Source: Spirochaetia bacterium
GTDB lineage: Bacteria; Spirochaetota; Spirochaetia; CAKZLE01
Assembly: GCA_963677595.1 (NCBI GenBank)
Contig: OY782041.1
Location: 480,001-544,000, forward strand
Length of the DNA: 64,000 nucleotides
Direction: 5' to 3'
The translations under genes were made by a program, and so were the position numbers. This document shows, in pieces, positions 1 to 9,298 of this stretch (the first letter of the stretch is position 1; the number at the start of each line of letters is the position of its first letter). A model generated the notes under the pieces. That model made no database searches. It saw nothing but the letters and a program-made list of their open reading frames with translations, and was not told the origin of the DNA.

Positions 1-27
1 GCAGTTCTTCGATCATCAGGGTAGTCC

Positions 28-1458
28 CTACTCCTCACTCATGCCGTGGCGGTACCATCGCCTGCCGGGCTGAGCGATGCCTCGCTTCCTGGAGATGACG
101 AAGAAGGAGATGACGACGAACAGCACATAGGCCAGGCAGATGAGGAGGGCAAGCCAGAACAGCCCCGGGTTGTCCCTGGACACGCTGTAGGCCGGGAGGT
201 TGATGCTCAGGATCAGCGGGATCGCGAAGACGAAGGTCAGCCCGCTCGAGTACATGTAGTCTGAGGCGACCGGGGTCTCGAACTCGGGGTCGATGACCCG
301 CAGGAGGGCCAGGCCCGTAGGCATGGTACCCGTCGATGCCCCGAAGATGATGAGCGAACGGTGGAACTGGTGGTCGACGAACATGCGTGAACAGATCCAG
401 GGCAGCGTGAAGTAGGCAGAGATCCCCCCGAAGGTGGTGAGGATCAGGATCGGCAGCCAGTAGTGGGCGACGACGACGAGCGAGATAGCCGCGATCGAGG
501 CTGTCACCATGATATCGACGGAGATCCCGGAGATCCTCGTCATGGTCCCGTTGTCTACGACATACTGGAGGTTCGTCTTCCCGAGCAGAGCCTTCACCAG
601 GAGGGCCGTGAGGGCGGAGAAGATGAAGTTGATCCCCCAGAGGTTGGTAGCCAGTTCGTTCCCGAGGTTCCCGAAGACCGACAGCAGCAGGGTGAGCAGG
701 TGCAGCAGCCCGTATGCCAGCAGGTAGACGGCGAATACGAACGCCATGTTGAAGGTCATGGAATCAATGGCCTCTGACTCCGTGGAAAGATGTCCGGCTG
801 CAGGCCGTTTCTTGTCACGTCCGAAGATACCGCTCGAGGTGTCCTTGTTCCGGATCTTCTCGACCTCCTCCTCTGAGATCCAATGGCGCTTCAGCCCGAG
901 GTTGATCAGGAAGATACCGCCGAAGCAGCCCCAGAGGAAGCCGATGGCAGCGAAGGTGAGGCCCGTGGACCCTGCACCATCGAATCCGAGGGCTTCCCAC
1001 CCCGTCCCGATGGTATAGGCCTGTCCCGGCCCGAGCACGAAGCCGAGCGGCAGGGCGAACCCTATGGCGGGGAAGAGGTCCGGCATGATCGTGTTGATCA
1101 GCAGTGCGACGATCAGCAGGCCGCCGACACACTGTATGGCGTACTGCGACAGTACCCCGATACTGGTCGGGAAGATCCGCTTCTTCATCGCCTGTGTCGC
1201 TTTCGGCGACTTCCGTAAGGTCATGGCGATGAAGGAGAGGTTGAGCAGGTGGTAGACCAGCTGCCCGAGCGAGTCGGTCCCGAGGGCGAACTTCGGGGCA
1301 ATGAAATTATAGAAGACCAGCAGGATGAACCCGGCGGTCAGGGCATTGGGGATCAGGAACTTCTGGAAGAATGAGACTTTCGACCTGATCGCCGATGCAA
1401 GGAGCAGGGCTGATGAGAGGATCCCGAGATGGATGAGCAGTGTCCAGTTATAATCCAT
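28..1458 (-). CDS. Sodium:glutamate symporter (GltS/ESS family)
   Basis: 476 aa, multi-TM; FLIPNALTAG, GFVLGPGQA and FGASTGTMPTGLALLRVIDP motifs typical of GltS-family proteins. Confidence 0.8.
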   Translation of the reverse strand: MDYNWTLLIHLGILSSALLLASAIRSKVSFFQKFLIPNALTAGFILLVFYNFIAPKFALGTDSLGQLVYHLLNLSFIAMTLRKSPKATQAMKKRIFPTSIGVLSQYAIQCVGGLLIVALLINTIMPDLFPAIGFALPLGFVLGPGQAYTIGTGWEALGFDGAGSTGLTFAAIGFLWGCFGGIFLINLGLKRHWISEEEVEKIRNKDTSSGIFGRDKKRPAAGHLSTESEAIDSMTFNMAFVFAVYLLAYGLLHLLTLLLSVFGNLGNELATNLWGINFIFSALTALLVKALLGKTNLQYVVDNGTMTRISGISVDIMVTASIAAISLVVVAHYWLPILILTTFGGISAYFTLPWICSRMFVDHQFHRSLIIFGASTGTMPTGLALLRVIDPEFETPVASDYMYSSGLTFVFAIPLILSINLPAYSVSRDNPGLFWLALLICLAYVLFVVISFFVISRKRGIAQPGRRWYRHGMSEE

Positions 1459-2698
1459 TATTACCTCCGATGGTTATTTCTTTCGTTTCGTTCTCCTGAA
1501 TTGCTTCATATACGGCAAGGTACTTGTAGGCGGATGCCCTCGGTGCCGGGAACTTGAACCGGTACATGGTGTTCTCATGGTAGAACTCCAGGTTCCGCTG
1601 CATGGCGACAGCAAAGGACTCGATCTCGGTGAAGGGGAAGAAGGATTCCTCACCCTTCATCTTCATGGACAGTCCCTTGACCGTCATGTTCACCTCAGCG
1701 GTCCCGAGGACCTTCATCCTCCGGTCCCGGTACCCCTCGAACACCCGGACGGTATCACCGGGGAAGATGAGGTCCTCCGGTTTCCAGTGATCGTCCCGCA
1801 GACGCTCGGCAAGGGTCTCCTGCTGCCAGATATTCCAGTCCGAGACGGTCTCGAACCCGCGGGTACTCCCTTCATGGGAGAAGAACCCGTAGGGGTCCAT
1901 CGTTGCGGTATACCCGCAAGAGGTGCAGGAGACATCATTGCCGAGGGAACGCATGCTGGCCATCTTCCCGCACTCCGGGCAGATATAGAGGACATGCTCC
2001 ACGTACTGGGCACGCTCATCACTCTTGAAGATGGTCCGCTCCCTGCGCTGCACCTTATAGGCGTCCTGGTAGATCCGTTCGGTAAGCATCTTATCGATCT
2101 CGCTCACCTTCATGCCTGCGAAATCCTCAGGCATGATCGGGTCCTGGTAGGAGATGGTCAGCTTCCCCTTCCGCCGTTTCGCAGCCCATCTCGGGAGGGT
2201 GAAATACCCCCCGTCCAGGGTCATGATGACGACCGGGACCTTGAGCATCCGCACCAGCTTCGCCGTCGCGTAGAAGAGCGGGAGCCCCCGCCCGTCCCAG
2301 GTCCGCTGTCCCTCGGGGAACATACCGACGACCCAGCCCTTCTTCACGCTCTCGGTGATCTGCTTGATGGTATAGTAGTCGGACCTCGATTTCGATTTGG
2401 AGATGGAGCCGATCAGCCTCCTGAGCAGGTACCGCAGGTACTTGTTCCTAAAGAGGGTGTCAGCCGCCACCCAGTGGATATGGCGGTTATGCATCAGGGA
2501 GATCAGGATCGGGTCATATGTGTTGACGTGGTTGGAGAGCACCAGGTAGGGGGGCTTGAGCGCGAAGCTCTTCCCTTCATTGTGCGTGCTCATATTATAC
2601 ATGGGTCTCATGGGGATCCTGTAGAGATTCTTCACGACCGTGACGAATCTCCTGGAGACCGTCACTTCCCGATCATCTTCTGGCTTGAGCTCATTCAT
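1448..2698 (-). CDS. Lysophospholipid (1-acyl-G3P) acyltransferase with C-terminal Zn-ribbon extension
   Basis: NHVNTYD (HxxxxD) and FPEGQRT PlsC motifs; CPEC...CTSC cysteine pairs. Confidence 0.85.
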   Translation of the reverse strand: MNELKPEDDREVTVSRRFVTVVKNLYRIPMRPMYNMSTHNEGKSFALKPPYLVLSNHVNTYDPILISLMHNRHIHWVAADTLFRNKYLRYLLRRLIGSISKSKSRSDYYTIKQITESVKKGWVVGMFPEGQRTWDGRGLPLFYATAKLVRMLKVPVVIMTLDGGYFTLPRWAAKRRKGKLTISYQDPIMPEDFAGMKVSEIDKMLTERIYQDAYKVQRRERTIFKSDERAQYVEHVLYICPECGKMASMRSLGNDVSCTSCGYTATMDPYGFFSHEGSTRGFETVSDWNIWQQETLAERLRDDHWKPEDLIFPGDTVRVFEGYRDRRMKVLGTAEVNMTVKGLSMKMKGEESFFPFTEIESFAVAMQRNLEFYHENTMYRFKFPAPRASAYKYLAVYEAIQENETKEITIGGNNGL

Positions 2699-2877
2699 TA
2701 TGGTTACATCCCTATACGCTGTGTTTTTAAAATAGTAACCTGTTACGGGAAATATAGCAATGATCGATTAAGAAAACCGGACACTGCAGGGACCGAGAGA
2801 GTTTTCTGATACTTTTACCAGTTGCCTCACATTTTCTCATGGCAGGATCCCCGCTTATATGCTACAGTACTCTGACC

Positions 2878-3618
2878 ATGGATTACAAAGCAGTGATATT
2901 CGACAAGGACGGCACCCTCTTTGACTATTATACCGTCTGGGCCCCCGTGTTCCGGGACCACATGGACATCCTCCTCCACAAGCTTGGCAGGAGCGGTGAC
3001 GAGCGGCTGAGGGGAGAGATCCTGAACATGCTCGGGATCGATACAGACGGCATCAACCCCGACGGCCTCATCTTCAGGCATAACGGCCCGCTGATGCTCG
3101 TCACCCTCTACATCTTCAGCAAGCGAAACAGGATCTCCTACCCCACCCTCATCCAGGGCTTCAGGGAAGGCTTCGAGGAGGCCAAGAACCTGATCAAGGA
3201 GTCCCTGGTGAAGCAGACCGACCCCGAATCCCTCATCCCCCTCTTCAGGAAGCTGAAGGAGGCAGGGTACCTCATCGGGATCGTCACGAGCGACAATTCT
3301 GAGAGCACGAAGATCTGCCTTGACCATTTCCAGATCACCCCCTACATCGACATGATCTCCACCTACGATGACCATTTCAAGAAGAAGCCCCACCCCCAGT
3401 CCTTCGAGGCATTCTGCAGGAAGTTCTCGCTGAAACCGGGGGAGGTCATCGTCATCGGGGACGCACCGGTCGACATGACCTATGCGAAGCGGGGCGGGGC
3501 CGGCTACAAGATCGGCGTACTCACTGGTTCAGGGGACCTCAAGCGGCTCCAGAAAGGTGCCGACGTGATCTATGAGGATATTTCCTCGGTCATGGATGAC
3601 CGAAAGATCTTCGCCTGA
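2878..3618 (+). CDS. HAD-superfamily hydrolase
   Basis: DKDGTL motif I, KPHP and IGD motifs; start moved to MDYKAVIF. Confidence 0.85.
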   Translation: MDYKAVIFDKDGTLFDYYTVWAPVFRDHMDILLHKLGRSGDERLRGEILNMLGIDTDGINPDGLIFRHNGPLMLVTLYIFSKRNRISYPTLIQGFREGFEEAKNLIKESLVKQTDPESLIPLFRKLKEAGYLIGIVTSDNSESTKICLDHFQITPYIDMISTYDDHFKKKPHPQSFEAFCRKFSLKPGEVIVIGDAPVDMTYAKRGGAGYKIGVLTGSGDLKRLQKGADVIYEDISSVMDDRKIFA

Positions 3619-3690
3619 CGCATCGCCAACTTGTACAAGTATAAGAATCTCTATAGATTATGAACTATCAAGCGTTCCAGGGGAAAGACC

Positions 3691-4641
3691 GTGTCGACAG
3701 TTCTCTTCATTTTCGTACACAACATCATACCGGTATTCATCGTCATGGCTATCGGGTTCATCATCGCTAAGAACTTCGATATCCAGATAACGAGCCTGAC
3801 GAAACTCAACTTCTATGCGATATCTCCCTGCTTCATCTTCGCAAGCCTCTACCCTGCCGAGATACCGGCGTCCATGGGGCTCGTCGTCCTCTTCGTGATC
3901 GCCTTCACCGCCCTGTCCTGGGCTGTGAGCTTCCTCGTGAGCAGGCTGCTGAAGTTCAGCAGGTCCGAGGGGAGTGTCCTGATCAATTCGATGATCTTCA
4001 TCAACTCGGGGAACATGGGCTTGCCTATCATGGCCCTCGTCTTCGCCGCCTCCCCATTCCTCGAACATGCGATGACCGTCCAGATTTCGGTCCTCTTCGT
4101 TCAGAGCGTCACCACCCAGACCCTCGGCTTCTATATCTCGCACAGCGGGAGCGAGACAAGCCACTGGAAGGAATCCCTGAGGAGTGTCCTCAAAATGCCC
4201 GCGATCTATGCCGGTCTCCTCGTCATCATCTTCAAGCTGATCCCGATAGACCTGACGACGATGTTCTTCTGGCCCTCCCTGGAATATGTCCGGGCCACGA
4301 TGATCGGGTTCGCCCTCATGACCTTCGGGGTCCAGCTGGCGAAGACCGAATGGCGGATAGACAGCTACAAGGTCTTCGTACCCGTCATCCTGAGGCTGGG
4401 TATCGGTCCCCTGATCGCCCTCGCGCTCATCCTGCTCTTCAGGTTCCCGGCGGAGACATCCCAGGTACTGCTGATCTCAGCGACCATGCCGACAGCGGTG
4501 AACACCGCACTGATTGCCGTGGAGACCGGCAACTCACCCAAGTTCGCCTCCCAGGTCGTCATGGTCTGCACGATCATGAGCCTCTTCGCCCTGACAGCTG
4601 TCATCGCTATCAGCGGCAGCCTGTTCCCGGTCAGCCTGTAG
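3691..4641 (+). CDS. AEC (auxin efflux carrier) family transporter
   Basis: About 10 TM; NSGNMGLP and MPTAVN motifs. Confidence 0.85.
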   Translation: MSTVLFIFVHNIIPVFIVMAIGFIIAKNFDIQITSLTKLNFYAISPCFIFASLYPAEIPASMGLVVLFVIAFTALSWAVSFLVSRLLKFSRSEGSVLINSMIFINSGNMGLPIMALVFAASPFLEHAMTVQISVLFVQSVTTQTLGFYISHSGSETSHWKESLRSVLKMPAIYAGLLVIIFKLIPIDLTTMFFWPSLEYVRATMIGFALMTFGVQLAKTEWRIDSYKVFVPVILRLGIGPLIALALILLFRFPAETSQVLLISATMPTAVNTALIAVETGNSPKFASQVVMVCTIMSLFALTAVIAISGSLFPVSL

Positions 4642-4690
4642 TATAATTCATTTCCCTATCCATCCCTTTATCCCTATATTTACCATAGAG

Positions 4691-4764
4691 AGGGGACGCT
4701 CACAAGATGAGAAGATTCTCATCAGATGTGATGCATCTCATCAGGTCCCCTTCGACTGAGGAGG
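4691..4764 (+). promoter_or_regulatory. Structured leader or tandem operator upstream of msrBA
   Basis: Outer stem AGGGGAC (4691-4697)/GTCCCCT (4745-4751) enclosing two 18-bp near-palindromes, followed by SD GAGGAGG. Confidence 0.45.
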
Positions 4765-4772
4765 CTTAAGCC

Positions 4773-5609
4773 ATGAGAACCATGAGACCGTTGGATGAGA
4801 AAGAAGCATATGTCATAGAGAAGAAGGGGACAGAACGACCCTATACCGGCGAATACTGGAACCTGTTCGACCAGGGAGTCTACCTCTGCAGGAGGTGCGG
4901 TACCCCGCTCTACCGGTCAGAGTCCAAGTTCCCCTCCGACTGCGGCTGGCCGAGTTTCGACGACGAGATCCCCGGCAGAGTCAGGAGGCAGGTCGATGCC
5001 GACGGGTACCGGACCGAGATCCTCTGTGAACACTGCAGGGGACATCTCGGCCATGTCTTCACCGGCGAGCACTATACCGACAAGAACACGCGCCACTGCG
5101 TGAACTCCCTCTCCATGCAGTTCGTCCAGACCCGGCAGGCGATCTTCGCCTCAGGCTGCTTCTGGGGGACCCAGTACCACTTCAACAAGGCCAAGGGAGT
5201 TATCCACACCACCGCAGGTTTCACCGGCGGCAGGGTGAGCGAACCCTCCTACCGGCAGGTCTGCACCGGGCAGACCGGGCACCTCGAGGCAGTCGAGGTC
5301 CTCTATGACCCGGAGCACACCAGCTTCGAGGAGCTTGCCAAGCTCTTCTTTGAGACCCATGACCCGACCCAGACTGACGGCCAGGGTCCCGACATCGGGG
5401 AGCAGTACCTCTCAGCGGTCTTCTACCACAACGAGCATGAGCGGCAGACGGCAGAGGAGCTCATAGCGATCCTTGAAGGGAACGGGCTCAGAGTCGCTAC
5501 CAGGCTGCTGCCTGCGGGGATCTTCTGGCCGGCCGAGGAGTACCACCAGGACTATTATGAGAAGAAGCACGGTACTCCCTACTGCCATATATATACAAAG
5601 CGTTTCTAA
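4773..5609 (+). CDS. msrAB: Bifunctional peptide methionine sulfoxide reductase MsrB-MsrA
   Basis: MsrB motifs GTERPY, CGWPSF, GHLGHVF, RHCVNS followed by MsrA motif GCFWG. Confidence 0.95.
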   Translation: MRTMRPLDEKEAYVIEKKGTERPYTGEYWNLFDQGVYLCRRCGTPLYRSESKFPSDCGWPSFDDEIPGRVRRQVDADGYRTEILCEHCRGHLGHVFTGEHYTDKNTRHCVNSLSMQFVQTRQAIFASGCFWGTQYHFNKAKGVIHTTAGFTGGRVSEPSYRQVCTGQTGHLEAVEVLYDPEHTSFEELAKLFFETHDPTQTDGQGPDIGEQYLSAVFYHNEHERQTAEELIAILEGNGLRVATRLLPAGIFWPAEEYHQDYYEKKHGTPYCHIYTKRF

Positions 5610-5628
5610 AGAGGCTATACTCGATCCC

Positions 5629-6399
5629 ATGATACATCTCAGACACATAACCGTACGTAAACAGGGTAAGGACATCCTCGATGACCTCTCCCTTGACATA
5701 GCAGAGGGGGAGAACGTGGCGATCATCGGACCCAACGGGTCCGGGAAGTCCACGCTCGTCCATGTGCTCACCCACCAGATGCACCCCGTGCAGGTGGAGG
5801 GGATGGAGAAGTCCATCTTTGGGAAGAGCCGATGGAACGTCTACCAGCTGCGGAAACAGATCGGCATCGTCTCCGACAGTCTTGCCGAGCTCTGCAATAC
5901 CACCTACAAGGCCGAGGACATCGTGGTATCGGGGTTCTTCAGCAGCATCGGCATCGACTTCTACCACCAGGTGAACGATGAGATGCGGTCAAGAAGCATG
6001 GAGATGATGGAGTTCATGGGTGTGGGCCACCTCGGGGCCAAGCCGATGAACCGGCTCTCTTCCGGAGAGGCACGGCGGGTGCTCATCGCCCGCGCGCTGG
6101 TCCATGACCCGGGGACCCTCATCCTCGACGAGCCGGTTTCCAACCTGGACCTGAGGACCCAGAAGCAGTTCAAGGAACGGGTGCGGGACGTCGCACGGAA
6201 CGGGAAGCATATCATCCTGGTGACTCATGACCTCGCCGAGATCATCCCCGAGATCGAGCGGGTGATCATCATGAAGCAGGGGAAGCTCTTCACAGAAGGG
6301 AAGAAGGAGGAGATCCTCACCCCTGCTATCCTCTCCGAGGTCTTCGACACGAAGGTCTTCGTCGACCACCACGAAGGCTGGTACAAGGCCTGGTGCTAA
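5629..6399 (+). CDS. ABC transporter ATP-binding protein (ModF/YlmA-like, stand-alone)
   Basis: Walker A GPNGSGKS, LSSGE signature, ILDEP, VTHD; start moved to MIHLRH. Confidence 0.9.
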   Translation: MIHLRHITVRKQGKDILDDLSLDIAEGENVAIIGPNGSGKSTLVHVLTHQMHPVQVEGMEKSIFGKSRWNVYQLRKQIGIVSDSLAELCNTTYKAEDIVVSGFFSSIGIDFYHQVNDEMRSRSMEMMEFMGVGHLGAKPMNRLSSGEARRVLIARALVHDPGTLILDEPVSNLDLRTQKQFKERVRDVARNGKHIILVTHDLAEIIPEIERVIIMKQGKLFTEGKKEEILTPAILSEVFDTKVFVDHHEGWYKAWC

Positions 6400-7295
6400 T
6401 AGGCTGTATGCAGCCCGGGGAGGAGCTCCTCCCCGATTGAGAGGCCCGGGCTGAGACGGATTCCCGCTGACAGGACCAAAGACGGCTGGTCATCGTAGAT
6501 CGGGAATCCCCGGTTGCCTGAGAACGAGAAGATCTCATGGGCGACCCAGTCCTGGATCAGGTGACGGATCGGGTCATACTGCACCCCTGCAGACAGTTCC
6601 ATGTACTCATTCGCATAGCCAAGATATAACAGCGAGAGGCGGTACGGCCGCCCGACCTCATTGACGAACCCGTTCGGGTACCGATACCCGAATGAATCGA
6701 AGGCGACCTCCCCCGGGTAGACCTCCGGCCCCTGGACCCGGTTCCCGGTGAAGAGCCGCAGCCCGAGGGAGAACTCCTCATTCGTGCTCTCCCTCTCCCA
6801 GACAGTCCGGAAGGCCGCGGTACGGTACCGGTCCTCGGTGTCGCTCAGGAAGAGCCAGGTGAAGGGGACCCCGTCATTCTCATATATGAACCTGATGCGA
6901 TTGTCCCGGCTGAAGAGGAAATAGTTGAAAGCAATGGAGGCAACCCCGGTACGCTGCCGGAACTTCGAAAGCTCCCCCGTCCCGAACCACCAGTTCGTCC
7001 CCAGGGCATAGGAGACGAAGGGCCCTTCCACCCCGACCATGGGGGAGATGCGGAACTCCATACCCTTCTCCCCGAAGCCCTTGAAGTTCGTATGGTATGC
7101 AGAGAAGAGCTCCAGCGAGGGAACGACATCCCCGATATCGGTCGGGAACCCGACTGCGAGGTCGATGCCGGCAGACAGGGTGAAGGACCCCTGCCCAAAG
7201 GAACAGCGCAGCTCAGGCTGCAGCCTGAACGCTGTCTCCCCAGAGACGGTGAAAGCAGAGAACAGCAGTACTACAAGAACCAACCTGTTCCTCAT
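6396..7295 (-). CDS. Secreted protein with Ntox23 (polymorphic toxin type 23)-like domain
   Basis: N-terminal signal peptide; motifs QRTG, YENDG, DRYRTAA, LFTG, YPNGFVNE, IRHLIQD..AH as recalled for Ntox23. Confidence 0.6.
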   Translation of the reverse strand: MRNRLVLVVLLFSAFTVSGETAFRLQPELRCSFGQGSFTLSAGIDLAVGFPTDIGDVVPSLELFSAYHTNFKGFGEKGMEFRISPMVGVEGPFVSYALGTNWWFGTGELSKFRQRTGVASIAFNYFLFSRDNRIRFIYENDGVPFTWLFLSDTEDRYRTAAFRTVWERESTNEEFSLGLRLFTGNRVQGPEVYPGEVAFDSFGYRYPNGFVNEVGRPYRLSLLYLGYANEYMELSAGVQYDPIRHLIQDWVAHEIFSFSGNRGFPIYDDQPSLVLSAGIRLSPGLSIGEELLPGLHTAY

Positions 7296-7341
7296 ATATA
7301 CATGGTATGGCCTTCACGGGAGGAAAGCAATACCTATCTTC

Positions 7342-7965
7342 TCAGGCTTTGGCTGAGGTGTCCAGCTCGGGAGCAAGGTGGTGGATAGTTATCTCATGGG
7401 CAGTCCCGACCGCGTCGAAATCCACCTCCCAGATATCGCCGTTAGAGGGGATCCATTCAGGATAGGAAGGCAGGGTGCAGGTCAGCACAGCATGCATGAG
7501 GCGCATGGTCACCGCATGGGCCACGATGAGCCAATCCCCCTCTTCGAGGGTTTCGAAGAAGCGCCCCACCCGTTCTGCCAGCATACGGTAGGACTCCCCT
7601 CCTCCTGAAGGGACCCAGTCCCACCGCTTCAGGCGGTCATGCATGTAATCAGGCTGGTGGTTGAGTTCCTCATAGCTCATCCCGGAGTACTTCCCAAGGT
7701 GCTGCTCGATAATGAGGTCATTCGTCTCTAGGGGAAGGTCGAAGAGTTCCATGAAGGGAGCGGCAGTCTGCCTGGCACGGGACAGGGGGGATGAGAGAAT
7801 ATGGTCGATCCCCCCGCCAGATGCTTCGAGCAGGGCTTTGAACCGTCCGGCGATCAATGATGCCTGCAGCTTCCCCTCCTCGGTGAGTGGGAAATCCTTC
7901 TGGGATGCCAGGATCCCTCTGCTGTTCGCCTCGCTCCGGGCATGTCTCATGATGTATAGTCTCAT
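7342..7965 (-). CDS. Histidine phosphatase (PGM-like)
   Basis: RHARS catalytic motif, SSPLSRARQT, GGES, VAH; start moved to MRLYIMRH. Confidence 0.9.
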   Translation of the reverse strand: MRLYIMRHARSEANSRGILASQKDFPLTEEGKLQASLIAGRFKALLEASGGGIDHILSSPLSRARQTAAPFMELFDLPLETNDLIIEQHLGKYSGMSYEELNHQPDYMHDRLKRWDWVPSGGGESYRMLAERVGRFFETLEEGDWLIVAHAVTMRLMHAVLTCTLPSYPEWIPSNGDIWEVDFDAVGTAHEITIHHLAPELDTSAKA

Positions 7966-8016
7966 GGATGATAAGTATACGAGTTTCATCCATGCAGCTC
8001 AAGACACAACGAATAA

Positions 8017-8045
8017 GGGGGCTGCCTCACATGAGACAGCCCCCC
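8017..8045 (-). terminator. Rho-independent terminator candidate after the lipoprotein-barrel operon
   Basis: GC-rich hairpin GGGGGCTGTCTCA/TGAGGCAGCCCCC on the minus strand followed by TTATTCGTT. Confidence 0.65.
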
Positions 8046-8068
8046 GATTGTTCTTCTCTACCCAAGGA

Positions 8069-9298
8069 TCAGAGTTTGACCTTGGCTCCTACGATGAATG
8101 CCTGGTTCTGGTTCTGGCCGGCGTAGTTGCCCATCTCCCGGCTGTAGTAGGCAGCATTGACTTCCAGGACAAGCAGGTTGAGCCCGCCGCCGAAGGTGAT
8201 GTACCCCTGGTTGATTCCGCCACGGACTTTCAGCATACGCAGCAGGTTGATCTCAGCCCCGAGGTGGATGTTCTTCCAGAGGGAGTCGTTCTCGATATTC
8301 TCCGGGTCGCTCCAGAAGGTATGGGTGTACTCAGCAGTGAACTTGAAGTCCATCAGCTCCTTCGCAGGGGAGTCATAGCCGAACCCGCCGGTGATCGACA
8401 TCGGGATCACGTAGGTGTAGCCGGAGACCGGGTCACCCGTCAGGTACTCATAGAGTTCCATCGGGCCGCTCCCAGTGGTAACGGCGGTCTCGATCTCAGC
8501 CATGGTCTGGCTGGAGGTGATGAGCTCCGTCCCCCCGATGTTGTTCACGGCAGCACCGATGGTGAAGCCCTTACCCATCTCGAGGATGGCACCGGCATCG
8601 AAGCCGTAGCCGATACTCATGTCGAAGGGGAAGGATGCGGGATCGAAATCACCGCCTTCCGAACTCTCGCTGAGGAGGCTTGCCACTTCGGTGACCGAGA
8701 GCCGCTCGGACGGCCTCAGCCGCACGATACCGCGGGCATCAGCCCCGATATGGAGCTTGCTGTTCCCCATGCCGAAGCCGTGCGATATTCCTGCAACCAG
8801 GGATGAGGTCACGACCGGGTCGACATAGAGCGAGAGGGCCGTCCCCTCCTGGGTGATCAGCATATCAACATCGGTGAGGAACCCCAGTCCAAGCCCGAAG
8901 GCCGCGAGGCCGAGCCCGATGTTCACGTTGGTGCCTACCCCGCTCTCGAGGTCAAGATCCTCCAGGATGCTCAGGATGGCATCCTCAGGGGCAGGCATCT
9001 CCTCCGACCCCTGGATCGCCTGGACCCACAGATCGATGATCTGCTCGGTCGGTACGAAATAGGGACCGACGTTCACTGAGGCGAAGGTCAGCTGTCCGCC
9101 CTTGCGGGACAAGCCTGCAGGGTTGGTGAACAGCGACTCGAACCCGCTCGCGATCGGGACGTTCGATCCGCCCATAGATTCTACGATCGGCGAGAGCAGG
9201 TAGACCGGGCTATCATCGATGACCACGGTATCTTCAGCGAAGGCAGCGCCGCCGCACAGGAATATCAGAATCAGTAGAGATCCAAGTAACTTCTTCAT
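8069..9298 (-). CDS. Putative outer-membrane beta-barrel (TraF/FadL/PorV-like), paralog 1
   Basis: Signal peptide; MGG...SLFTNPAGL hatch motif; amphipathic C-terminal strands (RGGINQGY); TGATG-coupled to the upstream lipoprotein. Confidence 0.7.
   Translation of the reverse strand: MKKLLGSLLILIFLCGGAAFAEDTVVIDDSPVYLLSPIVESMGGSNVPIASGFESLFTNPAGLSRKGGQLTFASVNVGPYFVPTEQIIDLWVQAIQGSEEMPAPEDAILSILEDLDLESGVGTNVNIGLGLAAFGLGLGFLTDVDMLITQEGTALSLYVDPVVTSSLVAGISHGFGMGNSKLHIGADARGIVRLRPSERLSVTEVASLLSESSEGGDFDPASFPFDMSIGYGFDAGAILEMGKGFTIGAAVNNIGGTELITSSQTMAEIETAVTTGSGPMELYEYLTGDPVSGYTYVIPMSITGGFGYDSPAKELMDFKFTAEYTHTFWSDPENIENDSLWKNIHLGAEINLLRMLKVRGGINQGYITFGGGLNLLVLEVNAAYYSREMGNYAGQNQNQAFIVGAKVKL

Noticed and set aside
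1577-2809. Long antisense ORFs (also 7712-8806, 16749-18200, 33457-34695, 43611-44702)
   Set aside because: They mirror well-supported genes on the other strand, lack motifs, and are expected with GC-rich codon bias
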